Virus record (IMG/VR): IMGVR_UViG_3300005077_000006
Coordinates: 1-64,000 of that record
Length of the DNA: 64,000 bases
Origin: a virus
Reading direction: 5' to 3' (one strand)
A program made the translations under genes and the position numbers. Under the pieces are notes generated by a model. It ran no database searches. It was given only the letters and a program-made list of their open reading frames with translations, and was not told the origin of the DNA. Shown here piece by piece: positions 1 to 9,300 of the stretch (its first letter is position 1; each line of letters begins with the position of its first letter).

Positions 1-288
1 GGGACCAAGATCCCTCTCGGTGACCCGCTGAAGTACAAGACGATCAACGACATCGTCAACGACTCGAACAAGAGCTACCCGGCCTACCCCGCGCTCGGTG
101 GAAACGGCTGGCGAGCGAACAAGAAGCCGATGTGGGTCTTCGCCTGGGACTACGACGTGGGCTCGACGCTGCTCTACTCCAGCTACGGAATGGAGATCCG
201 CATCAGCCTGGAGCATGACGCCAAGTGCGGTGGAACGCTGGCCACGGCCACGCTCTACTGCACGAGCGAGGATGAGGTTCTTCCGTGA
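1..288 (+). CDS. 3' end of hypothetical (probably virion) protein, truncated by window edge
   Basis: Frame 1 is open from base 1 to TGA at 286-288 (GTKIPLGDPLKY...SEDEVLP) with GC3-rich codons. Confidence 0.75.
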   Translation, partial: GTKIPLGDPLKYKTINDIVNDSNKSYPAYPALGGNGWRANKKPMWVFAWDYDVGSTLLYSSYGMEIRISLEHDAKCGGTLATATLYCTSEDEVLP

Positions 289-291
289 GGG

Positions 292-504
292 ATGATGCCA
301 GTTGCTTCTCTGTTCGTGGAAGGGAGACTGTGGCTAGTAGACGATCTCCATTGCGGCTACCTAGCGACGTGTCCGGTGACTCGCATGGTGGTTGCCAGCG
401 AGACGTTTCAAGGACTGGTCTATGCGGTTTGTGACGAGATGGGGATCGAAAGAGTGGAACTGACATCGTGCATGTGGACGGACAAGACACCCGTGAAGGA
501 GTAG
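292..504 (+). CDS. hypothetical protein
   Basis: 70-aa ORF filling the gap between the upstream stop and the HNH gene. Confidence 0.5.
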   Translation: MMPVASLFVEGRLWLVDDLHCGYLATCPVTRMVVASETFQGLVYAVCDEMGIERVELTSCMWTDKTPVKE

Positions 505-508
505 ACCT

Positions 509-1054
509 GTGACCGCGCAGCTTCCAAAGATTACCATCGCCCCCATCTTCGACGAGAAAACCTTGCGTCGATTCTGGAAGAAGGTAGAAAAGACAGACGG
601 CTGCTGGCTGTGGCAAGGCGGTACGGACACTGGGGGCTACGGTCGCTTCTACGTCGATAAACAGCGGCGTTACAAAGGCGCACACCAGGTATCATTTGCA
701 ATCAGCCACGCCGCTTGGTCCGAGGCACTAGTCTGCCACACATGCGATAACCCGGCTTGCGTGAACCCAGAGCACCTGTTCGAGGGCACCTATCTGGATA
801 ACGCGGCAGACGCTCGCAAAAAGGGGCGTACTTTGACGGGCGACCGCTGCTTTTTTAAGACGTGGGATGGACCACGAGTTCGTGGCGAGCAAGTGGGATC
901 CGCGAGACTGACGGAACGGCAAGTCAAAGCGATCCGTCGCGAGTACCGCCCGTGGGACCGTCAGCATTCACGCCGAGCTTTGGCTCGCAAGTACAGCGTG
1001 TCGCATGGGGCTATCCAAGCCATCCTGGAGAGGCGCACATGGAACCCAAAGTAG
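509..1054 (+). CDS. HNH homing endonuclease with C-terminal HTH
   Basis: [53 protein letters not shown] and C-terminal [22 protein letters not shown] are typical of phage HNH_3 + HTH proteins. Confidence 0.9.
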   Translation: MTAQLPKITIAPIFDEKTLRRFWKKVEKTDGCWLWQGGTDTGGYGRFYVDKQRRYKGAHQVSFAISHAAWSEALVCHTCDNPACVNPEHLFEGTYLDNAADARKKGRTLTGDRCFFKTWDGPRVRGEQVGSARLTERQVKAIRREYRPWDRQHSRRALARKYSVSHGAIQAILERRTWNPK

Positions 1055-1359
1055 TCGTAGCATCCATCGCAGATCTTTGGAGCGTGATCCACTTCTGCTT
1101 CTTCGCCTTCCTCGGCAGCTCGATCGCGGCGTGGAAGGAGCCACCGCTTTGGGTCCATCTGCTCTACGGGGTGGTGTTGAGCTACGGCTGGGAGGTGGCG
1201 GAGTACTTCCTTCAGCGCAGGTACACGGAGGCCTGGTCCAACAGGATCGAGCCGTGGACCAACTCCTGGATAGGAGACCCCATCGCCAACTTGCTGGGGG
1301 TCGTGTTCGGTTGGTTCGTGGTGGCCTATTACCGGGGTCGGTTGCCATGGACACCTTGA
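1039..1359 (+). CDS. small integral membrane protein, possible membrane metal-dependent hydrolase (DUF2585/VanZ-like)
   Basis: ATG at 1039 after GGAGAGG; three hydrophobic segments; polar motif DLWSVIH..GWEVAE..D.IAN. Confidence 0.6.
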   Translation: MEPKVVVASIADLWSVIHFCFFAFLGSSIAAWKEPPLWVHLLYGVVLSYGWEVAEYFLQRRYTEAWSNRIEPWTNSWIGDPIANLLGVVFGWFVVAYYRGRLPWTP

Positions 1360-1850
1360 ACATCACGGTTGGATTCTCCACCACCAACAAGCTGCTCAGT
1401 CGGATCATCCGCTGGGTGACGCGAGGCAAGGTGAGCCACGCCTGGATCGCCTTCGATGACCCCACGCTGGGTCTGCGCTTCGTCATGCAGGCGGAGGCGT
1501 GGGGCTTCGAGGTGCGCCCATGGAAGAGGTGGCTGCGTGAGAACAGGCTGGTTGCGGAGTACCGTCCTGCAAAAGATCTGACCGAGAGCCTCAAGTGGAT
1601 TGCCAGATCGCTCGGGGTGAAGTATGACTGGGCGTCGGCGTTCTTCGCGGGGTTGTGGCGCTGGTTCGGTGTTTTGATCCGGGGCAAGTTCAACAGCCCC
1701 AAGAAGCTCATGTGCGCAGAGGCAGTGATTCGCTTCCTCCAGCACGGAGGGGTCGTGGGTGTCTCTCACCTGGACCCAGAGGTCACACCGCCAGCCCGAC
1801 TCCTGAACGCCGTCGAGCAGTCAGACGAATTCTCACCTGTGAGTGGATGA
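1347..1850 (+). CDS. permuted papain-like NlpC/P60 (YiiX/YaeF-type) protein
   Basis: SRIIRWVTRGKVSHAWI (His first), GVKYDW, KLMCAEAV (Cys last) give the circularly permuted catalytic order. Confidence 0.8.
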   Translation: MDTLNITVGFSTTNKLLSRIIRWVTRGKVSHAWIAFDDPTLGLRFVMQAEAWGFEVRPWKRWLRENRLVAEYRPAKDLTESLKWIARSLGVKYDWASAFFAGLWRWFGVLIRGKFNSPKKLMCAEAVIRFLQHGGVVGVSHLDPEVTPPARLLNAVEQSDEFSPVSG

Positions 1851-2179
1851 TGGATGCCGCTACGAAAAAGTTGTTTGCTTTGGTGACTTCTCTGGAGCAG
1901 AAGATCAACCGACTGGACGAGCTCGAAGCACGTCTTGCAGCACTGGACACGAATGGGAAGCTGGAGTCTGTCCAGCGGCAGATGGGGGAGATCAAATCCT
2001 CGATGGCCAAGGTGGCAGCCGATGGACAGGTTGTCGTCTCCACGGTCATCTCACACGGGGATACGATCGCAAGGCTGGAGAAGACGCTGACGCGATTGGA
2101 TCTCCGTTGTCCACTCATGAAGCCTGGGACCGATGAATTCCCGAAGGTTGTGGAGCGGGTGAAGTTGAAAGACGAGTAG
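1847..2179 (+). CDS. coiled-coil hypothetical protein
   Basis: ATGA overlap with the upstream stop; heptad-rich sequence. Confidence 0.65.
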   Translation: MMDAATKKLFALVTSLEQKINRLDELEARLAALDTNGKLESVQRQMGEIKSSMAKVAADGQVVVSTVISHGDTIARLEKTLTRLDLRCPLMKPGTDEFPKVVERVKLKDE

Positions 2180-2181
2180 GG

Positions 2182-2190
2182 TGATAGAAT
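2182..2190 (+). promoter_or_regulatory. putative extended -10 promoter element (TGaTAGAAT)
   Basis: Intergenic, about 37 nt upstream of the ATG at 2227; same TAGAAT box as the other candidate promoters. Confidence 0.4.
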
Positions 2191-2226
2191 GGGGGGAGGC
2201 GGACCGCATGCTCCTTGTGAGGAAGA

Positions 2227-2472
2227 ATGGAAGCTGCACTCATGAAAGCTCTGCAGGCTCTGGCCGCCTACGGTCCTGGCTTCGTGGTGGCGGTCATCTT
2301 CATCATCTTCTACTGGCTCGAGCGGAAGAAGAGTGAGCAGATGGCTGAGAAGCTTCAGGAACTCGCCGTCGCTAGCATCAAGGCAGATCTGGAGCACACT
2401 AAGGCGTACGCCTCGTTGGAGAAGGCCTTCAACGCGGCTGTTCAAGCCCTGACCGAGAGGAGAGTGCCATGA
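2227..2472 (+). CDS. holin-like membrane protein (single TM + coiled coil)
   Basis: YGPGFVVAVIFIIFYWL transmembrane segment then charged helix, BhlA/UviB-like architecture; GAGGAAG RBS. Confidence 0.55.
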   Translation: MEAALMKALQALAAYGPGFVVAVIFIIFYWLERKKSEQMAEKLQELAVASIKADLEHTKAYASLEKAFNAAVQALTERRVP

Positions 2473-2861
2473 AGGGGCTGAAGCCGAAGGACGATCAGAC
2501 GAGCCTGGGGAACATCCTCCTCGAGTGGGGCCTCATCACCAAAGAGCAGTTGACGAAGGCCCTGCAGGAGCAGGAGACACTCCGAGGAGACGATCTGTTG
2601 GGTCGCCTACTGGTCGCGGGCGGCGCATGTACCGCGGAGGACATCGACATGGCGATGTCTGCCCAAGCCAGCATGCGTGCGACGGGCAAGACGAAGCGAG
2701 CGCTGGCTGTTGCAGATCTGGCGCTCGAGCGCCATCGGCGGGACAGCATCATCCAACGCCGGGACCGCATCATCCAACAAGCTGAACAGGTCCATCGCTC
2801 CATCAGCAACGACTACCCCACCATCTCAGCAGCAATGCTGGCCAAGTCCAAGGAGTCTTAG
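2469..2861 (+). CDS. stand-alone MshEN (c-di-GMP-binding-type) domain protein
   Basis: Two tandem 24-aa motifs SLGNILLEWGLITKEQLTKALQEQ and LLGRLLVAGGACTAEDIDMAMSAQ match the MshEN RLGxxLLxxGLIxxxxLxxxLxxQ pattern. Confidence 0.8.
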   Translation: MKGLKPKDDQTSLGNILLEWGLITKEQLTKALQEQETLRGDDLLGRLLVAGGACTAEDIDMAMSAQASMRATGKTKRALAVADLALERHRRDSIIQRRDRIIQQAEQVHRSISNDYPTISAAMLAKSKES

Positions 2862-2876
2862 TAAGATCGCTGGGAG

Positions 2877-3416
2877 ATGGCACTCCCAGCAACAGTAGGG
2901 GTCCCCGTCCCCATCGTCATGGTCCTGGAGGACGGGAACGAGAACCAGTACCCGCAGGTGGAGCTCTACGCCCCGGGTGCTGTCACGCCTCTGGCCGTGG
3001 TCGATCTGCCCCACAAGGTGAAGGGCAGGTACGAGGCGGCCTGGACACCCACCAGTGCCGACGTCTTCTCAGCGCACTTCTTCGTCTACGCCGATGCTGG
3101 GCACACGGTCGAGAACATCGTGTACGTCCGCGCCATCGAGCAGATCGTGGTCACGGACTCGAGCATCGACGACTTGGCGGCGAAGATCATCCGCGCCCTG
3201 GGCCTGCTGCACGAGAACGCCTTCATCGACAACACGATTCACGATGCGCTGGGCTCCTTGGTGGCGGCGCGGATCAGGTTGTTCGACTCGAAGGCTGCTG
3301 TGGAGGCCGCCACGGATGGTGGCTCGGAGACGGCGGGGCTCATCGCCACCTACGAGATCGAGACAACCTACGAGGCCGACTGTAGAATGGGAACCTACCG
3401 GGTGAAGAAGGTATGA
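2877..3416 (+). CDS. putative virion structural protein (Ig-like N-terminus)
   Basis: Beta-rich N-half (GRYEAAWTP), in a late-gene operon. Confidence 0.55.
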   Translation: MALPATVGVPVPIVMVLEDGNENQYPQVELYAPGAVTPLAVVDLPHKVKGRYEAAWTPTSADVFSAHFFVYADAGHTVENIVYVRAIEQIVVTDSSIDDLAAKIIRALGLLHENAFIDNTIHDALGSLVAARIRLFDSKAAVEAATDGGSETAGLIATYEIETTYEADCRMGTYRVKKV

Positions 3417-3706
3417 GCGGCGTTGCACTAGCCACGCGCGGCATGATCCGGCCTTGCTGCAAGCAGGACCAGATCGTGAGCTACGACCATCCAGAGGTGC
3501 AGGCAGCTCTGGAGGTGAGGCCGCGCATCCGTCTTGCTGGCGCTCCGCCGACAGGGGTGGTGACTGCGCCGGTCGTGACCTCCGCTCAGGAGTTGAAGCC
3601 GGTGGTTGGGGCGAAGGCGCCGGCGCCTGCTTCGCCCGATCCGAAGCCCACCCAGACATCGGCCCAGGAGCTCCGGCCGGTCATCAAGAAGGTCACGGAG
3701 GAGTAG
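3413..3706 (+). CDS. hypothetical protein with three xA(Q/L)E(L/V)(K/R)P repeats
   Basis: AALEVRPRI / SAQELKPVV / SAQELRPVI; coupled by ATGA overlap upstream and abutting TAG-ATG downstream. Confidence 0.6.
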   Translation: MSGVALATRGMIRPCCKQDQIVSYDHPEVQAALEVRPRIRLAGAPPTGVVTAPVVTSAQELKPVVGAKAPAPASPDPKPTQTSAQELRPVIKKVTEE

Positions 3707-4654
3707 ATGGCCGTCATCAAGATCAAGATCTTCGTGCCGGAGATCTCCAACGTCCTGTCGCTCTTCGACGTCATCCAGGTCCACCGCTCCGAGCTGGGAT
3801 CTCCCTACACGGACGCCAAGACCATCACCGACATCACGGCTCAGCCGCCGGTCCTGGTAGGCACGGAGGAAGGCCCCTTCGCCTCCCTGCAGGGGAAGAC
3901 GCTGAAGCTGAAGGTGGATGGTGGGCTCGAGCAGACGGTGACCTTCACCGCGGCAGACCCCATCAGCCTCACCAACGTCATCGCCGAGTTCAACTCCTCC
4001 ATCACCGGAGCGGTTGCCTCGGATGACGGTTCCGGGAAGCTCCAGATCGACGGCCTCAACGCTGGCACGGATGGCATCCTGGAGATCACCGGGGGCACGG
4101 GTCTCGCCATCCTGGGCTTCACCACGGGACAGAAGGACAACGGAGAGGACACCCACATCACCCTGTTGGCCGGGGTGGATGCCTACGAGTACGACGATCA
4201 GAGCGGAGAGGCGTCGTACTGGTACCGCACCCGCTTCCTCAACACAGTCTCCGGGAACGTCAGCTCCTGGTCTGACTGGACACAGGGATCGACTGGCGCC
4301 GCCATCTCGGCTTCCCTCCTCACCATCGGCAAGATCAAGCTCGCTGACATCGACGGCACAGCCATGGTGGGCGCCAAGGTGACGCTGGTCAACACCTTCA
4401 GTCCCCTAATCGCTGACGCCTTCTTCGTGGCTGGTCGGTCCAAGCAGATCGAGACGGACGGCTCAGGCCAGGCGGAGATCACACTCATCAAGGGCAGCGT
4501 CATCGACGTGATCATCGAGGGCACGTCGTTCATCCGACGCATCCAAGTGCCAGCCACAGGTACGGAGTTCGACCTGATGGATGCCGGCCTGGTGCTGGAC
4601 GACCCATTCCAGATCCAGGTTCCAGATCTGCCGGCGGCAGTGAGGAGAAGCTGA
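3707..4654 (+). CDS. virion structural protein (tail/collar-associated)
   Basis: G/T/D-rich beta protein carrying the LKLKVDGG..VTF..IAEFN..LGF module shared with baseplate proteins. Confidence 0.65.
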   Translation: MAVIKIKIFVPEISNVLSLFDVIQVHRSELGSPYTDAKTITDITAQPPVLVGTEEGPFASLQGKTLKLKVDGGLEQTVTFTAADPISLTNVIAEFNSSITGAVASDDGSGKLQIDGLNAGTDGILEITGGTGLAILGFTTGQKDNGEDTHITLLAGVDAYEYDDQSGEASYWYRTRFLNTVSGNVSSWSDWTQGSTGAAISASLLTIGKIKLADIDGTAMVGAKVTLVNTFSPLIADAFFVAGRSKQIETDGSGQAEITLIKGSVIDVIIEGTSFIRRIQVPATGTEFDLMDAGLVLDDPFQIQVPDLPAAVRRS

Positions 4655-5874
4655 TGCCAGGACGCGGAAGCTACGGTCCAGCCGGGAAGTGGATCCACGA
4701 TCGCGCTCACCGGATCATGGAGGATAGCCCGGAGACACCCAAGAACGTCGCCTACGCCATCGCCACCCAGCAGGGACACAAGGTCGGCAAGAGCCCCAAG
4801 GGCTTCCGCACCGCAGAGGGCGTGCGCGAGGCGAAGAAGAAGTACGAGCTCCCGAAGAAGGAGTACCAGAAGACGGCCGCAGTACGCCTGAATGCGCTCT
4901 TCGATGAGATCGAGAAGACCGCTCTGGTTGGCCTGGGCGAGTCGGGGAACGCGCTCATGCCACAGTTTGCGGGCCAAGTCGTTCCTGGTGGTATCCCCTC
5001 GGCTGTGCAAGCGGCGGTCAGCAAGGCACACGTCAACCTGCCCAGCTATGCGCAGAGAGCGGGACTCGTCTCCAAGTACGCACCCAAGGGGGGCTCTGCT
5101 TTGCGTACGGCTGCGAAGCCTGGTCTTCTGGGTCGTCTGCTGAAGCGGGCTGAGGCCTTCCCGGGCTGGGTTGGTCCGATCGAGGAGGAGACGGAGGACA
5201 ACACCAACTTCCGCAAGGTGCTCTTCACTGGCAAGAACTCCCAGCTCGTCCTGATGAGCATCCCGGTGGGAGGAGAGATCGGGGAGGAGTCACACGCGGA
5301 CATCGATCAGTTCTTCCGTGTTGATGGCGGGGAGGGCGAAGTCGTCATGGAGGGCATGAGCCGTCCTATCGAGGATGGTGACGCCTTCGTTGTGCCGGCA
5401 GGAACGCGGCACAACGTGATCAACACCTCAGAGGATGAGCCGCTGCAGTTGTACTCGATCTACAGCCCGCCCAACCACCCGCCAGGCACGCTCCACGAGA
5501 CCCGGGAGGATGCGCTGGAGGCGGAAGCTAGCGGTCAGGACGAGCAGCCCAACCCGGCAGACATCGTGCCCGGCAAGGACAAGCAGGCCGCCGGCGGTGG
5601 GGGCGCTGCTCTTGGGGGTGAGCTGCTCGGGCTGCCCGGCGGCATCTACGGTGGCTTGCGAGAGGCGGGTCTCCGAGGTGCTCTGGGTGCAGGCCTCGGG
5701 GGTGGCGCTGGTCTGGCCGGGGGCATCGGCGCGCGGCACTTGATCCAGAAGTACCTCACCGGTGGAGAGTTCGGCAGGAGACATCCGATCGCCGCAACCA
5801 TCGCGGAGTCGCTACCCCTGGCCGTGGGCAGCACCGTGGGTGGCGCCGTCGGATCGCAGCTCCTGAAGCGTTGA
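4654..5874 (+). CDS. K-x-A-delimited polyprotein: basic N-domain + cupin + glycine-zipper tail
   Basis: QKTAA, LFDEIEKTA, LKRAE and DKQAA boundaries; cupin motifs GEESH..DQFF.V..GEG and VPAGTRHNVIN; GxxxG-rich C-terminus. Confidence 0.8.
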   Translation: MPGRGSYGPAGKWIHDRAHRIMEDSPETPKNVAYAIATQQGHKVGKSPKGFRTAEGVREAKKKYELPKKEYQKTAAVRLNALFDEIEKTALVGLGESGNALMPQFAGQVVPGGIPSAVQAAVSKAHVNLPSYAQRAGLVSKYAPKGGSALRTAAKPGLLGRLLKRAEAFPGWVGPIEEETEDNTNFRKVLFTGKNSQLVLMSIPVGGEIGEESHADIDQFFRVDGGEGEVVMEGMSRPIEDGDAFVVPAGTRHNVINTSEDEPLQLYSIYSPPNHPPGTLHETREDALEAEASGQDEQPNPADIVPGKDKQAAGGGGAALGGELLGLPGGIYGGLREAGLRGALGAGLGGGAGLAGGIGARHLIQKYLTGGEFGRRHPIAATIAESLPLAVGSTVGGAVGSQLLKR

Positions 5875-5923
5875 TCAACAACCAGTATCCAATGATTACG
5901 GATACATAAGGGAATTTTGGGAC

Positions 5924-6385
5924 ATGATGGCCCAAAAGTACTTGATCGGGTTTTTCGATGAGCTCGCCAAGATAGCCCAGGCGCCGGCAGCGCAGCCGCA
6001 GCCGCGCGCACAGCCAGGTGGGCCTCCACCGACCGTAGTCCCGTCGGGAGGGGCAGACATTCCACCACCGCCCAGCTCCACGAGCATGGGCAGTTCGCTC
6101 AGTGCGGCAGATCTGGGTGTCCCCGGGGCTAGCCCCATGGGTGGCAGAGCGGGTGCGGGGACGCCACCGCCTCCTCCACCTCCCCCGCCAGCATCCACCC
6201 CGGCAACGGGAGGCGGGACCGGTGGGCCGGCTGCTGGCTCTCTTCTGAGTCCCCAACGGCAGCGTGGCTTCGGCACGGGTACCATGAGCTCGGCCGAGTC
6301 GGCGCGGCACAAGGCAACGATGAACGCCCTTCGGAACAAGTACCCGGCTGGGTGGGTGTCGCTGGGCATGCGGCCCTCGGAGTGA
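5924..6385 (+). CDS. Pro/Gly-rich low-complexity protein with N-terminal FFDELAKIA motif
   Basis: ORF fills the gap; motif shared with the other cargo-like proteins. Confidence 0.7.
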   Translation: MMAQKYLIGFFDELAKIAQAPAAQPQPRAQPGGPPPTVVPSGGADIPPPPSSTSMGSSLSAADLGVPGASPMGGRAGAGTPPPPPPPPPASTPATGGGTGGPAAGSLLSPQRQRGFGTGTMSSAESARHKATMNALRNKYPAGWVSLGMRPSE

Positions 6386-6388
6386 TCA

Positions 6389-9300
6389 GTGAGCGATCTG
6401 CTGCGGAAACTGGCTGCCCAGGTGCTCACCCAGAAGGGTGAGTTCGCCCCGGGTATCCCCGCGGCTCGACGCATCGAGGCCATCCCCAGGGTCAAGCACA
6501 CGGAGCCCCAGACATGGGGCCTGGCCCTCCAGAAGCACGAGGCAGAGCGCGCCGGCGAGCATGCAGACCTACGCCTTGTGGATAACTCCGGTAGGGCACA
6601 TTCCTGGGCTGTTCCGAAGGGTTCGCTACCAAGTCCTGGACAGAAGTTCAGGGTTATCCCCCAACCTACCCACACCCAGGAGTATGCGGAGAGGAAGGGA
6701 ACCTTCGAGATCTCCGAGGGGTACGGCAAGGGTCGGGTGACCTCTGAGGGCGTCCGCCCCGTAGAGGTGGTGCGCTCGCAGCCGGGCCTACTTCGCTTCA
6801 ACCTCTACGGCGGCCCCAAGGAGGGCAACCAGGAGTTCGCCCTGGTCACGACCCCGAAGGGGGCCCTCCTCCACAACATCACGGCCACCTCCGAGCTGGG
6901 CGTGCGCGGCCAGGGAGGCCATGAGATCCCGGCCGCCAAGCCCAAGTACCGGGAAATACCCACAGATCGGGTGAGCTTCGACGACCCCCTCGAGGTCCAC
7001 CAGGCGAAGGTGGATGGGGCCCACGTGACCTTCCACCTGCGTGGTGGGAAGGGCGTCAAGATCTTCTCCTACAGGCCCACTGAGCGGGCCACAGGCGTGC
7101 TCGAGCACACCCACAAGGTACCGGGCTTCCGGGAGCTAAAAGCCCCGCCTGGGCTGGCAGGGACGGTCCTACGGGGTGAATTGTACGGGGCTGAGAAGGA
7201 GACCGGCAGGTCCCTCCCGGCCGAGCAGACAGGGGGCCTCCTGAACGCCACGGTGTGGCGCTCCCGGGAGCGTCAGCAGGAGCTGGGTGCCGAGCTGAAG
7301 CCGGTCATCTTCGACGTGGTGCGTTACAAGGGCAGACCCATGGAGGACGCCCCCTACGCCGAGAAGCTGAAGGTGCTCCAGGAGGTCCAGCGGAAGGTCC
7401 CCCGCCTGCAGATCCCTCCCATGGCGACCACGCCGGCGGAGAAGTCCACGCTCCTCTCCAGGATTCAGTCCGGAGAGGAACCGATCACCAGCGAGGGCAT
7501 CGTCTCCTGGAGGCTCGATCAGTCTCGCCCCACGAAGGCCAAGTTCCGGCCGGATGTGGACGCAGAGATCGTCGGCTTCACGGGTGGCAAGGGCAAGCAC
7601 GAGGGACGCATCGGAGCTCTGCAGGTTCGCCTACCCGGCAAGGATGCTGTCACCAACGTGGGTACGGGATTGAGTGACGATCTCCGGAGACAGATCGCAG
7701 AGAACCCGGATGCGTTCGTAGGTAGGACGGCCAAAGTGAGAACTCAACAGGTCTTCCCCAGCGGAAAGCTTCGTGCCCCTTCCTTCGCCGGCTTCCACCT
7801 CGAGAAGGGCAAGCAGTCCTTCGAAGAGAAGACGGCCGCCAGTGCGCAGCCGAAGGGGATCAAGTTCCTCTACCTCAACACGGGTGGGGGCCACAAGGCG
7901 CAAGCCGAAGCACTGGCCGAGGCCGCCAAGAAGATGGGCATCCCAGCAGAGACGGTGAGCTGGAGTGATCGCTTCTCGAACGGACCGTACGCCAAGCAGT
8001 ACGAGCAGGCCTACACCGATTTCCTTCACGGGAAGAAGTCCCAGCTAGGGCTCGCCGTCCCCGCGACCAAGTTCTCCCTGATGGGAACGGACCACGACAA
8101 GCTGCGGAAGTGGGTCGACGAGAACAAGGACCAGGCGGTTGTCGTGACCATGGCCCACCTCCGGAAGGAGTTCAAGGGCATCGATCACCCAGTCCACATC
8201 CTGCACTCCGACCCGGTGAAGATCCCCTTCGCCACGGGCGGCAAGACGCAGGACCGCATCGACATCGGCCTTCCTTCCGTGCTCAGGACGCTCGGTGCGA
8301 AGACGCGCATCGCCATCCCGAACCTGCCTGTCTCCCAGAAGGTGCTGCGACCGAAGGGCACGTCAGGTCTGATCGACAAGAAGAACTTCAACATCACGGT
8401 CAGCAGCGGCTCACTCGGCCCCGAGATCGTACCCATCACCAAGCAGGTGCTCGAGGCGGGCCTCCCCGAGGACGCGGTGGTGCATGCGGTCGCGGGCAAG
8501 AACACGAAGGCGCTCAAGGAGCTCCAACGTCTGGCGAAGGAGCACCCTCAGCTTCACCCTCACGGCTTCGCTCCGCTCTCGAACATGATGCGAGAGTCGG
8601 ACCTGAACGTGATCCGCGCCCACGGCACCACCTTTGCCGAGACGGTGGCAGCGGGGAAGCCGGCTGTCTACTACGGCCCGGATGTGGGATTTCTCAGGGA
8701 CGGCCAGGGAGACCTGACGAAGCGCACGGCGATCTATGGTGGCAAGCACATCGGGAACCCCGTGGCGGTGGGTCTTGATGCCATACCCGGGGCGGTGAAC
8801 ACAGCGTTGAAGCGCTACGATCGCCTCAAGGACAAGGCTCGAGAGGCGAGGCAAGACATGGGAGACCCGGCGACCCTGGCTGTGCAGAAGATCATGAAGG
8901 CGAGACCGGGCTACGTGGTGAAGGCTGCATCCATCGAGCCACGCCAGTTGCGCGCCGGCACCCCCATCGTCGGGGACTTCGACACCTTCGCTGAGAGGTT
9001 GAAGCCGGGAGACGTGCTCCTCACCAAACCCAGCGAGCACGCCAAGCTTGAAAGTAGCGATCGAGCGCTGAAGGGGGCGGTCAAGGTCTACGACTGGCTG
9101 AGTGGAGCGAAGCATCCGGGATGGGCCCACACCGCGCTCTATCTCGGTGATGGTCAGATCGCACACCTGCATGACAAGAAGCTGCGGCGGGGTAGGCTCG
9201 TGTCCATGGGGGAAGGGATCAATCGCGTAGTCACGGACAAGCTCGACGTCTTCAAGGCGCAGGGCTACGACATCGCCGCTGTGCGTCCACGAGTGAAGCC

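Noticed and set aside
509-1054. Group I intron around the HNH gene
   Set aside because: Flanking ORFs end and start normally, and there is no non-coding space for a ribozyme core.
6160-6200. Poly-proline C-rich tract as a contingency repeat
   Set aside because: Mixed CCN codons, not a homopolymer or perfect tandem repeat; it reflects protein-level low complexity.
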